Shown in pieces: positions 46,300-56,025 of a stretch of DNA of 64,000 bases. Location of the stretch: NCBI GenBank assembly GCA_964447605.1, contig CAYUTA010000009.1, positions 1,314 through 65,313 of the forward strand, read 5' to 3'. The notes beneath the pieces were generated by a model. The model ran no database searches. It was not told where the DNA came from and was given only the letters and a program-made list of their open reading frames with translations. Origin of the DNA: an uncultured Oscillospiraceae bacterium. Lineage in GTDB: Bacteria > Bacillota > Clostridia > Christensenellales > CAG-138. Position 1 is the stretch's first letter. The number at the start of each line of letters is the position of its first letter. A program made the translations under genes and the position numbers.

Positions 46300-46862
46300 C
46301 GCTACTGCTCTTATTCTATGAATTCTTCAAAGCGGGCCTGTTTGCCGTGGGCGGCGGACTGGCTACATTGCCGTTTATATTAAAAATGATGGAGCGCTAT
46401 CCGGAATGGTTCGGCACGATGCAGCTTGCCGATATTGTCGCTATCGCGGAATCCACGCCCGGTCCGGTCGGCGTCAACGCCGCCACGTTTGCAGGCTATT
46501 TGGCCGCTGGCGTGCCGGGCGCGCTGGTCGCGTCGCTTGCCGTGATTCTGCCCTCCTTCCTCGTCATCACTATCATTGCGGGCATGCTCGAAAGGTTCCG
46601 CGGCAACCGCTTTGTCGGGCAGGCGTTCGACGGACTGCGTCCCGCTGTTTCCGGCCTAATCGCCGCGGCGGGATATTCGGTCTTTCGTCTTGCCATCCTG
46701 CGGGGAACCCTCGCCTCCGGGCTGTTGCAGGCCGTCGACTGGCGCTGCATCATTCTCTTCGCGCTCATTTTTACAGCAACGCAAATCAAAAAGCTTGGCA
46801 AGCTGCATCCGGTGGTATACATCGCCATCGGTGCGCTTGCAGGAATGCTGCTAAGCTTATAG
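46296..46862 (+). CDS. Chromate transporter (CHR) family protein, second half-size subunit
   Basis: 188 aa. 4-nt overlap with the first subunit. FKAGLFAVGGGLATLPF...IAESTPGPVGVNAATFAG. Confidence 0.85.
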   Translation: MTLLLLFYEFFKAGLFAVGGGLATLPFILKMMERYPEWFGTMQLADIVAIAESTPGPVGVNAATFAGYLAAGVPGALVASLAVILPSFLVITIIAGMLERFRGNRFVGQAFDGLRPAVSGLIAAAGYSVFRLAILRGTLASGLLQAVDWRCIILFALIFTATQIKKLGKLHPVVYIAIGALAGMLLSL

Positions 46863-47288
46863 CATGCGGTTTTTCCGTTCCCTGCGTGGATTCGTTCAGT
46901 TGTTTTTCTCCCTCCGGCTTCCCGCCGCGATATTCATACAAAATGATTCAATCGGTCAAAAAATGTGGGTGGCCGGCCGGGATGTGAAACGCCGCCGTGC
47001 CGCTCCGGTCATAAGCCGTCAGAAACGCTGTTTTGACGCAAACCCACTCGGCATGAATTCCAGATGCGGCCGCAATCCGGGTCTGCCCCGCTGCTTGTCG
47101 GTTTTAACGGATGCCCCACTCTTCGGCAGGTGATGCGCCACGGATTGACGAGACGGGAGCGGCGCTTGTCTTTTTCAACAGATTGAAACGGGAGCTAACG
47201 CTTCTGCGCTCACTCCCGCCGCCTATTGTGCAATGATTTGTTTTTTCAGAAGGCGACCGGGAAACGACGCACCCCAGCCGGGAAGCTA

Positions 47289-49361
47289 TTATTCTTCCTC
47301 CTCTTCTTCCTTCTTGGCCTGCTCGATGATCTTCTGCGCCAGATTGGCGGGCACGTCTTCATAGCGGACGAACTCGCTTTTAAACGAGCCGCGGGCCTGC
47401 GTCATGCTGCGCAGGTCGGTGGCATACTTGAACATCTCTGAAAGCGGCGCTTCGGCAACAATCTCCGTGCCGCCGTCCATCGGGTTCATGCCTAGCATAC
47501 GGCCGCGGCGACGGTTTAAATCGCCGATGATATCGCCCACGTACTCGCTCGGCACAAAGATGTCGTAACGGTAGATTGGCTCGATGAGCGCCGGGGATGC
47601 TTTGACGCACGCCGCCTTATAGGACAGCCTCGCAGCAGACTTGAACGCAACCTCCTTGGAATCAACGGGGTGATACTTTCCGTCGTAGAGCGTGGCCTTG
47701 ATGCCGACCATCGGATAACCCGCCAGCACGCCGCGCTGCATGGCTTCCCGAAGTCCCTTTTCAACGGCCGGAACATATTCCTTGGGCACCACGCCGCCGA
47801 CAATGGCATTGACAAACTCAAAGTCCGTACCCTCGGGCGCCGGTTCAAAGCGCATCTGCACAACGCCGAACTGACCGCTGCCGCCGGATTGCTTTTTATG
47901 CTTACCTTCGGCTTCCGCCATGGAACGAATGGTCTCGCGGTATGGGATGCGCGGGTCGGAAAGCTGCGCCTCCACATTGGCCTTATTCTTCAGCTTGCTG
48001 CAGACCACGTCGATATGCATTTCTCCAAGTCCGGAGATAAGCACGTCGCCGGTTTCCGCATTCTTCTCAATGAGGATGGTCGGGTCCTCCTCCTTGATGC
48101 GGTTGAGCCCGGAGATGACCTTGTCGTCCTCCCCCTGCTTCCTGGACGTAACGGCCAGGGAGATGCAGGGCCTCGGAAAATCAATTTCAGCAAACTTTAC
48201 GGGCGCGGACTGGTCGCACAGCGTGTCGCCTGTGGCCGTAAACTGCAGCTTGGGCAACGCGCCGATATCGCCTGCGCCGAGCTTATCGACATTGATGCTC
48301 TTCTTGCCGCGCAGCATAACGGGCGCGGTGGGCTTCTCCGCCTTTTCGGCGTTTGTGTTATAGGGCGTGACGGATGCGTCGAGCGTGCCGCCGTATACCT
48401 TAACAATCGAATATTTGCCAAACTGATCCGACACGGTCTTGACGACCTGTGCGGCAAACTTGCCGTCCTTTTTGATCTCAACTTCCTTGCCGGTCTTCGT
48501 GTCGACCGCCCTGGGCGCTTTGCACTCCTCTGCGGAAGGCAGGTAGCGCACCATGTTGTCAATGAGCGTGTATACGCCGATGTTGGGCGCGGCCGCCACG
48601 CAGCACACTGGCGTTACGATGCCCTCTTTTACGCCGGCGGACAAACCCTTTAGAATCTCCTCGCGGCTGAGCTCGCCCTCGTCGAAGTATTTTTCCATCA
48701 ACGCCTCGTCGCTCTCTGCGGCGGCTTCCGTCAGCTTCTCATAGAGCGACTTCGCCTCGGCGGAAAGCGCCGCCGGAATCTCCGTCTCCTTCTCGCCCTT
48801 GCCGTCAAACAGCCTGGCGGTCATGTTTACGATATCCACATAGCCCTTGAAAACGCCGCCCTCGAGGATCGGCAGCTGAATCGGCACGACGCTCGGTCCA
48901 AACTTCTCGCTGATGGCGGCCATAACCTTTTCAAAGTTGGCGTTCTCGCGGTCGAGCTGGTTGATGACCATCATGCGCGCCTTGTTCTGCTTCTGACACA
49001 TGGCCATCGCCTTTTCCGCACCGACAACAGGGCCGGAAACCGCGCCGACAACGACGAGCGCGCTGTCGGCAAGCGCCATTGCCGAGGCGACCTCGCCATA
49101 AAAATCGAAAAATCCCGGCGCGTCGATGATATTGATCTTGGCGCCCTTCCACTCAAAGGGCGCAAGGGCCGCGTTGATGGAAATGCCGCGCCTGGTTTCT
49201 TCAGGGTCAAAGTCGGTGGTGGTCGTGCCGTTCTCGACCTTGCCAAAACGCTCCAGCAAGCCTGCAGCATGCAGCATGGCCTCGGTCAACGTGGTTTTGC
49301 CCTCACCGCCATGACCGAATACGCCGATGTTGCGAATGTCTTTTGCAGTGTAGTCTTTCAT
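47289..49361 (-). CDS. Elongation factor G paralogue with divergent GTPase motifs
   Basis: Trimmed to MKDYTAKDIRNIGVFGHGGEGKTTL (RBS AGGGGGAA). Five-domain EF-G architecture and length (690 aa). G3 is DAPGFFDF and G4 is NQLD. Acidic tail KKEEEEEE. Confidence 0.85.
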   Translation of the reverse strand: MKDYTAKDIRNIGVFGHGGEGKTTLTEAMLHAAGLLERFGKVENGTTTTDFDPEETRRGISINAALAPFEWKGAKINIIDAPGFFDFYGEVASAMALADSALVVVGAVSGPVVGAEKAMAMCQKQNKARMMVINQLDRENANFEKVMAAISEKFGPSVVPIQLPILEGGVFKGYVDIVNMTARLFDGKGEKETEIPAALSAEAKSLYEKLTEAAAESDEALMEKYFDEGELSREEILKGLSAGVKEGIVTPVCCVAAAPNIGVYTLIDNMVRYLPSAEECKAPRAVDTKTGKEVEIKKDGKFAAQVVKTVSDQFGKYSIVKVYGGTLDASVTPYNTNAEKAEKPTAPVMLRGKKSINVDKLGAGDIGALPKLQFTATGDTLCDQSAPVKFAEIDFPRPCISLAVTSRKQGEDDKVISGLNRIKEEDPTILIEKNAETGDVLISGLGEMHIDVVCSKLKNKANVEAQLSDPRIPYRETIRSMAEAEGKHKKQSGGSGQFGVVQMRFEPAPEGTDFEFVNAIVGGVVPKEYVPAVEKGLREAMQRGVLAGYPMVGIKATLYDGKYHPVDSKEVAFKSAARLSYKAACVKASPALIEPIYRYDIFVPSEYVGDIIGDLNRRRGRMLGMNPMDGGTEIVAEAPLSEMFKYATDLRSMTQARGSFKSEFVRYEDVPANLAQKIIEQAKKEEEEEE

Positions 49362-49643
49362 CTGAGTTCCCCCTAGTTTATTTCTATATGGAATCCGCAG
49401 TTTGCTGCGGAATGATCCCGCAAAGAAGCGCGTTTGCCAGAAAAGCACCGTCTCATATTGTACCAGTTTGCCGTCGCCTTGTAAACGGGTATTTTGCGTG
49501 CAGTATTACGATTTTTGCTTCCCGGCCGCTGCGGTTCGCGCCGCTTTCGGAAGCGGCTCTGTCCTACAAACAAGGGGGCTGTCCGGTTCGGGCAGCCCCC
49601 TTCATTTCAGATACGCATCCAGAATCCGAATGCAGCTATTTTC

Positions 49644-50441
49644 CTACAGCTGCACCGGACCGGTTTCCGGTCCGGCGGAAGCGTCTGCAGAGCGGGACAG
49701 CTGTGCTTCTTCCAACGGCAGCTTGCCCGAAAGATCCATATAGAACGCTGTTTCCGCCGCCTTTACATAAGGCGCAAGAAAGACTGCGCCGATGCCAAAC
49801 GTGCATGCCACGAGCAGATACCAGCCGATGAAGCTCAAGCCCAGACAGAACAGACGGCCCTTGTTGCCGTTCATCAGCTCTTTGCTCTTTTCAATGGCCG
49901 CGCTGGCGGTTAGCTCCGGATGCTCAGCCATCAGGTACGGCGCCATCGCATAGCGGTATGCCGCAATGATGCCCGGTATGACGAGCAGAAGCAACCATGC
50001 AAAGATTTTCAGCCCCATCAGCACGCGCAGCCAGAGCGCCCGGCCAAAGATGGAAAAGCGCGAAAACAGATCGTCCAGCGACGGCTTCTCACTGGATTCA
50101 TACAGATGGATATTGAACCGATTGTAACCGAGTTCCACCGCGCCGCCAATGATGAACAGCGCGATGCCGATGATCACGGCGACGGTAAGAATCGAGATCA
50201 TCACCGTTGTCAAAAAGCCCGCAACAGCGGGATCCATCTGCATATCCAGATTGCCCCGGAACTGCTGCACATCCCCTGCGCTGAACGCCCGGCTGCTTCC
50301 ACCCGCGCTTGCTCCCGCGCCGCCGGACGAGCCGCCTGTTCCTCCGAGTATGCCTGCAATCAGCGCCGCCAATACCGCCAACCAATAGCGTCCGTTGAGC
50401 GCCTTCCGCGCCGCGGCACGAAAATCCCTGGCTTTTCTCAT
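49644..50441 (-). CDS. DUF975 family membrane protein
   Basis: Trimmed to MRKARDFRAAARKALNGRYWLAVLAALIAGILGG behind AGGAGGG. Typical DUF975 N-terminus and TM layout. Confidence 0.7.
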   Translation of the reverse strand: MRKARDFRAAARKALNGRYWLAVLAALIAGILGGTGGSSGGAGASAGGSSRAFSAGDVQQFRGNLDMQMDPAVAGFLTTVMISILTVAVIIGIALFIIGGAVELGYNRFNIHLYESSEKPSLDDLFSRFSIFGRALWLRVLMGLKIFAWLLLLVIPGIIAAYRYAMAPYLMAEHPELTASAAIEKSKELMNGNKGRLFCLGLSFIGWYLLVACTFGIGAVFLAPYVKAAETAFYMDLSGKLPLEEAQLSRSADASAGPETGPVQL

Positions 50442-50488
50442 ATAAGATATTCCCTCCTGCATGTATTGGTTTTGGCCCTATCCGCCGC

Positions 50489-51016
50489 TTAACCGGCCGG
50501 CGTAACCAACTCGGCAAACGGCAGCCGCTCCTTTTTCATCTTAGGCGCCTCGGCGGCATAGCCTACCGACAGCAGCAGGTGCACGCGGCGCTCCGGCGCA
50601 ATGCCAAACAGCCTTTTCACGCCCTCCTCATCCGCCGAGCCGATGATGCAGGTGGAAAGGCCCTTCTCAACCGCCGCAAGCGCCAGATAGGCCGCGGCGA
50701 TCCCCGCGTCCGCCGTTGGAAAATCATGCGGCAGGCCATCGGCAACGCGCGACTCGCGCACTGTGCTCGAAATTACGATAAACGCCGGCGCTTCATGCGC
50801 CCAGGCGTTGTTGCCCGGGATCACCTTGCACAACTCGGCAACCTTCTTCGCGCTCTCGCCCTCGGCAATCACAAACCGCCAGGACTGGCGATTGCTCGCA
50901 TTGGGGGACAGAATGGCCGTTTCGACCAGCTCCACCAGGTCCGCATGCGCAACCGGTTTATCCGCATAATGGCGGCAGCTTTCACGCGCAAGCGCAAGTT
51001 CTTTCAACGATTTCAT
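50489..51016 (-). CDS. Nitroreductase family protein
   Basis: 175 aa. ESCRHYADKPV...SPNASNRQSWRFVI...GIAAAYLALAAVEKGLSTC. Confidence 0.85.
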   Translation of the reverse strand: MKSLKELALARESCRHYADKPVAHADLVELVETAILSPNASNRQSWRFVIAEGESAKKVAELCKVIPGNNAWAHEAPAFIVISSTVRESRVADGLPHDFPTADAGIAAAYLALAAVEKGLSTCIIGSADEEGVKRLFGIAPERRVHLLLSVGYAAEAPKMKKERLPFAELVTPAG

Positions 51017-51022
51017 ATTTCT

Positions 51023-51916
51023 TCACTCCTTTATTGTAATCCAGTATTTATCCAGCAGGCGCAGCGGCCGGTAAACCATCTTGGAATACCGCAGCCCCTC
51101 GTCGCCGGAATCATCCTCGCGGTTGATATACCGCGTCTGCGGCTCGGCGGCATACTGCGCAAACCGGGAAACAATGGCCTGATACGATCCCGCATAATCG
51201 GTGCGCGCTTTTTCAACATGCACATAAAGCGTGTCGCCCACCGTCTCGCCGATGGCGAGCGCCACAACCGTTCCCTTCGTCTCAATATAGCCCGCCTTCT
51301 GCCCCAGCGCAAGCGCATCGTGCAGCAGTTCCTGCGCGCGCATCATTTCCTCCACCTCAATGGGCTTGTCGATGGGGGCAACCTGCTGATATGCGGCGAG
51401 AAAGCCCTTTGCCATTGGCAGCGTTTCCGCCGTAACGGGCACAAAGCGGTGCGACGGATTTTCCTTTTTAAAGCGATTATAATGGTTGCGCTGGGTATGG
51501 TATTTCTTGCCCGGAAAGGTGATCAACGGCTCCAGGTCATACAGGTAATCCGCCCACTTGCGCAGCGCGCGCGTCTTGGCGCGGACGCCGTAACGTGCCT
51601 GCAAAACCCCCGCGCCTTCCTCCGGCACGGCGCAATACAGCAACGGCACGCCCCGCGCGGCCGCGTCGGCCTCGACGGCTTCCAGCGCGGCACGGAGATT
51701 TCCGCTGCCCACGGGATACATATAGCCGATTTGCCCGCTTTCATCGAGCAAAGTCATAACGAGCATGCCGGCCACAACGGCAAATTGGGAATGCATATAG
51801 GCACGCCACTGAAAGATTGCCCCTGGCGCATAATCGCTTGTCCGAAATGTCCGGCCGGCCAGGTACGGGCGCAGCGTTTCCATCGAATCAAGCGTAACAG
51901 ATGAGAGCGAAAGCAT
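51023..51916 (-). CDS. DUF2156 (phosphatidylglycerol lysyltransferase C-terminal-like, GNAT fold) protein
   Basis: 297 aa. GGAG RBS. YLYDLEPLITFPGKKYHTQRNHYNRFKK is the family's conserved segment as I recall it. Confidence 0.65.
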   Translation of the reverse strand: MLSLSSVTLDSMETLRPYLAGRTFRTSDYAPGAIFQWRAYMHSQFAVVAGMLVMTLLDESGQIGYMYPVGSGNLRAALEAVEADAAARGVPLLYCAVPEEGAGVLQARYGVRAKTRALRKWADYLYDLEPLITFPGKKYHTQRNHYNRFKKENPSHRFVPVTAETLPMAKGFLAAYQQVAPIDKPIEVEEMMRAQELLHDALALGQKAGYIETKGTVVALAIGETVGDTLYVHVEKARTDYAGSYQAIVSRFAQYAAEPQTRYINREDDSGDEGLRYSKMVYRPLRLLDKYWITIKE

Positions 51917-52094
51917 AATTCTCCTTCATATCCGTTCCATTTACGGATGCAGTATAACACATTCATCCTAAACCCGCAATATATTGAATTTTGCAGAAAA
52001 TTTCATTGATTGTACATTTTTCACGACCACAGGACGGTTAGGATATGGTATGATGCATATGCAAACAATAGTTCGTATAAGGAGGAATGCCCCC

Positions 52095-52478
52095 ATGAAA
52101 TTCGTAGCTTTTACTGACATTCGAAAAGAGGCGCTCGAACGTCTGCTGTCTTACCGGACGGACCGGCAGATGATCCATGTGCGCGGCCGGGGCGCACGCC
52201 AGCGCGCCAAGCTTGCCTGCTGGGTGCGGGCCGTCGAACAGGTGCTGGCCATGTATCGGGAAATTCAGCCGGAAAAAGCGCGCGCAATGGAACGTATTTT
52301 TGGTTTGAGCCACCCCGTGCCGCGCTGCAGGAACAATCGTACCCGCATGCTTGCGCTGGCGGAGGATTTCTGCGTGGCCGAATCCACGATGTACAAATGG
52401 CGCGATGAGATCATTTTTGCCACCATGCTTGCCGCGGCGCAAAGCGGCGCGCTCAAGCCGTTTCAACAGAAGGATTGA
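52095..52478 (+). CDS. Small putative transcriptional regulator (sigma-70 region-4 / RinA-like HTH)
   Basis: Trimmed to MKFVAFTDIRKEALERL... behind AAGGAGG. C-terminal LALAEDFCVAESTMYKWRDEII looks like an HTH. Weak family assignment. Confidence 0.4.
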   Translation: MKFVAFTDIRKEALERLLSYRTDRQMIHVRGRGARQRAKLACWVRAVEQVLAMYREIQPEKARAMERIFGLSHPVPRCRNNRTRMLALAEDFCVAESTMYKWRDEIIFATMLAAAQSGALKPFQQKD

Positions 52479-52510
52479 CCCGCGCACTCGAACGTGGTAT
52501 TTTGAAAGCA

Positions 52511-53191
52511 ATGCAGGAACTTGTACTCGGCGGCGTTTGCTTCACGGTCGAGAAAAAGCGCATCAAGAACATGTATCTGCGCGTCCAGCCGCCGGACGGG
52601 CGCGTGTTGCTGACCGCGCCAAAGCGTATGCCGGACGCGGCCATCGAGCAGTTTGCCCGCGCGCGTCTGCCATGGGTACAAAGGCACCTCGCGCAGTTCG
52701 GGCATCGGCCCGCTCCCCGCTATGAAAGCGGCGAAATACTGTATCTGTGGGGAAAGCCGTATCCGCTCGAAGTCGTTCCGGCCGACGGACGCATGCGCAT
52801 CGAGCTGCATGGCGGCAGTATCCTCCTGTTTGCACCGGAGGACAGCACGTCGGAAAAACGCAGCGCGGCGCTGGAAAACTGGTACCGCAGACAGCTTGCC
52901 GCCGCCGCGGAGAACGCCCTTCCCCGGCTCGAGCAAACCGTTGGAAAACGCGCTTCCACGCTGCGCATTCGCAACATGACCACACGCTGGGGCACCTGCA
53001 ACACCGCAACCGGTGCAATTACGCTCAATTTGCAGCTGGCCGGGCGTGCGCCGGAATTTTTGGAGTATGTAATCGTGCATGAGCTAACCCACTTGCATGA
53101 GCCCGGTCACAACGCGCGATTCTACGCATGGATGGATATGGTTTACCCCGGCTGGAAACAGGTGCGCAGGCGGCTCAAAAGCGGCGACTGA
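52511..53191 (+). CDS. DUF45/YgjP-like M48-related metallohydrolase
   Basis: FTVEKKRIKNMYLRV...TRWGTCNTATGAITLNLQL...YVIVHELTHLHEPGHNARFYAWMD is the DUF45 pattern. The start could also be 52475. Confidence 0.8.
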   Translation: MQELVLGGVCFTVEKKRIKNMYLRVQPPDGRVLLTAPKRMPDAAIEQFARARLPWVQRHLAQFGHRPAPRYESGEILYLWGKPYPLEVVPADGRMRIELHGGSILLFAPEDSTSEKRSAALENWYRRQLAAAAENALPRLEQTVGKRASTLRIRNMTTRWGTCNTATGAITLNLQLAGRAPEFLEYVIVHELTHLHEPGHNARFYAWMDMVYPGWKQVRRRLKSGD

Positions 53192-53255
53192 ATGTACCGC
53201 ACGAAAATAAGCGGGCAATGCGTCCATTCAAGTACTATGCAAGGAGGGAATTCCA

Positions 53256-53582
53256 ATGGAGTCAATGGAATACAACGCGCAGCAGGCGCAACAATTCATT
53301 ATGGAGCAGTTTTCGCGGCAGGGCGATTTTCTGGAACTGTTTTCTGCAGACGCGCTTGATGCGCTCGTTGGCGAGGTCATGGCGCTCGACGAGGCGTATA
53401 TGCAGACAAGCGGGGCCGACGACGGCGCGGTTTATGACGACGACGATGCGTACGACTATATGTACGAACGCCTGTGCGCAGCGCACCCGGAGCACAGGAT
53501 GTATATGATGCGGTTCGTTGAAGATTACATGGAGTTCAACGAGCGGTATCTTGAACGCGTCGGCGCAATTGAGTGGGAGTAA
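53256..53582 (+). CDS. Acidic hypothetical protein
   Basis: 108 aa. AGGAGGGAA RBS. No family recognised. Confidence 0.45.
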   Translation: MESMEYNAQQAQQFIMEQFSRQGDFLELFSADALDALVGEVMALDEAYMQTSGADDGAVYDDDDAYDYMYERLCAAHPEHRMYMMRFVEDYMEFNERYLERVGAIEWE

Positions 53583-53593
53583 ATAAAACTATC

Positions 53594-53623
53594 CCGGAAA
53601 CCCGCCGACGACTGGGTTTTCGG
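53594..53623 (+). terminator. Terminator after the acidic-protein gene
   Basis: CCGGAAACCC-gccgacgact-GGGTTTTCGG, with a T-rich tail a few nt downstream. Confidence 0.5.
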
Positions 53624-53842
53624 AATCTGTTTTATAGACGTTTGGGGGAGCTTTATTCTGCGTAACCATTGGTTGGCGGGCATATATCTGCGCCCGGGTC
53701 AGTCATGTTGTTTTTTAGTGGAAGCGCGCTGCAAACACAGGATTTTCATGTCGCCGCTTTGTGCGGATGCTATGGCGCCTTTCCCGCATGATTTCCGTTT
53801 GGAATTGACTGAGCAAGTCCGGCGGCAACACACCGATACAGC

Positions 53843-53879
53843 AAAAAACCGCGCCCGTTCAGGACACAGACGGGCGCGG
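53843..53879 (-). terminator. Rho-independent terminator of the rnf operon
   Basis: Minus strand: CCGCGCCCGT-ctgtgtcctga-ACGGGCGCGG followed by TTTTTT. Confidence 0.7.
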
Positions 53880-53966
53880 TTTCATTGCAACAGGGTGATT
53901 TGCATGGCCCGGGCGGGCGTTCTCCCTTCTCCCCATGCCCATCCGGCGTGTGGCGGGAAATTCTCA

Positions 53967-54794
53967 TTATGCTTCCGCCCGACCAATCAGACTCGGCTCA
54001 AGATAGAAGTTTTCAATGCAGTGCATGGGGCAGCCCTTAACGCACGCGCCGCAACGGGTACAGGTATCATAATTGATCTCCGCAACCCCGTCCACGACAT
54101 GGATGGAATCCGACGGACAGTTCTTTTCGCAGCGCTTACAGCCGACACAGGCGGTTTTACACTGTAAGCGGGCAATTCTGCCGACGGCCTTATTGCGGCA
54201 TGCGACCATAACGGTCTGATGCCGTGGCAGCAAATCGATGATGGCGCGCGGGCAGGTCTTTGTACACATGCCGCAGCCGGTGCACCGGTTCTCATCGATT
54301 ACGGCAACGTTGTCTGCAATCTCGATTGCATTGAATTTACACGCTTTTACACAGTCGCCCAGCCCAATACAGCCAAACTCACAAAGCTTGGGTCCGCCCG
54401 CAATGCCCGCCGCGGCCCGGCACGATTGCAGCCCGCCATAGGCATAGCGATAGCTGACGTTCTCGCTGGTGCCATGGCAGCGGATCCGCGCCACAACGGG
54501 ATCGCCCGTCTCCACGGTCATGCCCATAATCCCGGCAATGGCTTTGGCCGCCTTTGCGCCGCCCGCGGGACAGCCGTCCGGCGTTGCCTCTCCGCTGACG
54601 ACCGCCGCGGCAAACGCATCACAGCCGGAAAAGCCGCACGCGCCGCAGTTTGCGCCGCCAAGCTGCTCACGGACGCGCGCGACGCGCGCGTCGGTTTTAA
54701 CGGCAAACCTTTTGTCCACAAACGAGAGCAGCAGGCCAAATAGTATGCCGAGTCCGCCCAGCGCGGCGACGGCATAGAGAATAGGAAGCATCAT
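53967..54794 (-). CDS. rnfB: Rnf electron-transport complex subunit B
   Basis: Start moved to MMLPILYAV because AAGGAGGTG lies 7-8 nt upstream. N-terminal TM, CGACGFSGCDAF cluster and several CxxCxxCxxxCP ferredoxin motifs. Confidence 0.9.
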   Translation of the reverse strand: MMLPILYAVAALGGLGILFGLLLSFVDKRFAVKTDARVARVREQLGGANCGACGFSGCDAFAAAVVSGEATPDGCPAGGAKAAKAIAGIMGMTVETGDPVVARIRCHGTSENVSYRYAYGGLQSCRAAAGIAGGPKLCEFGCIGLGDCVKACKFNAIEIADNVAVIDENRCTGCGMCTKTCPRAIIDLLPRHQTVMVACRNKAVGRIARLQCKTACVGCKRCEKNCPSDSIHVVDGVAEINYDTCTRCGACVKGCPMHCIENFYLEPSLIGRAEA

Positions 54795-54808
54795 ACCGGC
54801 CACCTCCT

Positions 54809-55393
54809 TCATACCAGTCCGTTAAAGCCCATGAACGCAACGCTCATCAGCCCGGCAATCATCAGTGAAATCGGGAACCCCTTGAGCGGCGCGGGGATAT
54901 CGGCCGCCTCGAGCCGCTCCCGCACGCCGGCCATGAGCACAATGGCCAGCAAAAAGCCCAGCGCGCCGAACACGCCGTTGAGCACGGAATAAAACAGGTT
55001 CAGTCCCTCGGTAACATTGAGGATGGTCACGCCCAGCACCGCGCAGTTGGTGGTAATCAGCGGCAGATAGATGCCCAGCGCGCCGTACAGCGAGGGTGCG
55101 GACTTCTTCAAAAACATCTCCACCACCTGCACAAGGCTCGCAATGACCAGGATGAAGCAGATGGTATCGAGGTACGTGATATCGAGCGGCTCGAGCACCC
55201 AGTGGTATACCAGATAGGTGAACAGGCTCGCAAGCGCCATGACGAATGTGACCGCCAGCCCCATGCCAAACGCCGTCTCAACCTTGCCGGAAACGCCGAG
55301 GAACGGGCAGCAGCCTAAAAAGCGTGAGAAAATAAAGTTATTTGTCAGCACACAGCTGACCATGAACAAAAGAATCTTGACAATCTCGTTCAT
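54809..55393 (-). CDS. rnfA: Rnf complex subunit A
   Basis: 194 aa. NNFIFSRFLGCCPFLGVS...IYLPLITTNCAVLGV is the canonical RnfA pattern. Confidence 0.93.
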   Translation of the reverse strand: MNEIVKILLFMVSCVLTNNFIFSRFLGCCPFLGVSGKVETAFGMGLAVTFVMALASLFTYLVYHWVLEPLDITYLDTICFILVIASLVQVVEMFLKKSAPSLYGALGIYLPLITTNCAVLGVTILNVTEGLNLFYSVLNGVFGALGFLLAIVLMAGVRERLEAADIPAPLKGFPISLMIAGLMSVAFMGFNGLV

Positions 55394-56025
55394 TCCGGCT
55401 TTGCCTCCTTCCGCTTCTCCACCTTTTTCGTAACTACGTTGATCACCGCCAGCATCAGCCCGTATACAAGGAACCCGCCCGCGGGCAGGATGAGCAGCAG
55501 CATCGGCTGGAACGACGCGCCGAATACCTGCGCGCCAAAGGCCGTTCCGTTGCCAAACAGCTCGCGAATCGCGCCCATGAGCGTAATGGCCAGCGTAAAG
55601 CCCAGGCCCATGCCGACGCCATCGACCGCGCTTAACAGCACGCTGTTTTTGCTGGCAAACGCCTCTGCGCGCGCAAGGATGATGCAGTTGACCACGATGA
55701 GCGGAATGAACATGCCGAGGCTTGCGTATAGGCTCGGCAGATACGCCTGCATCAGCATCTGCACCATCGTAACGAACGTGCAGATGACCACGATGAACGC
55801 GGGAATGCGCACCTTACCGGGAATCACGTTGCGCAGCAGCGAAATGACCACGTTGCTGCCGATGAGCACGAACGTTGCCGCCGCACCCATGCCGAGCCCA
55901 TTGATGGCGCTTGTGGTCACGGCCATCGTTGGGCAGGCGCCCAGCACCAGCCGGAACGTGGGATTTTCATGAATAATGCCGTTGAGGAACACCGTCTTTA
56001 AGGAGGTTTTCCCTTCCATCGTCAT
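55390..56025 (-). CDS. rnfE: Rnf complex subunit E
   Basis: 211 aa. ENPTFRLVLGACPTMAVTTSA...MFIPLIVVNCIILARAEAFA is the canonical RnfE pattern. Confidence 0.93.
   Translation of the reverse strand: MTMEGKTSLKTVFLNGIIHENPTFRLVLGACPTMAVTTSAINGLGMGAAATFVLIGSNVVISLLRNVIPGKVRIPAFIVVICTFVTMVQMLMQAYLPSLYASLGMFIPLIVVNCIILARAEAFASKNSVLLSAVDGVGMGLGFTLAITLMGAIRELFGNGTAFGAQVFGASFQPMLLLILPAGGFLVYGLMLAVINVVTKKVEKRKEAKPE

Noticed and set aside
46863-47288. 425-nt gap between convergent chrA and EF-G-paralogue genes, as a possible sRNA or small gene (89-aa ORF 46864-47133).
   Set aside because: The ORF lacks an RBS and has a Arg/Leu/Phe-skewed (basic) composition. Only one generic hairpin is visible (GTCAGAAAC-gc-TGTTTTGAC), so there is nothing specific enough to call.
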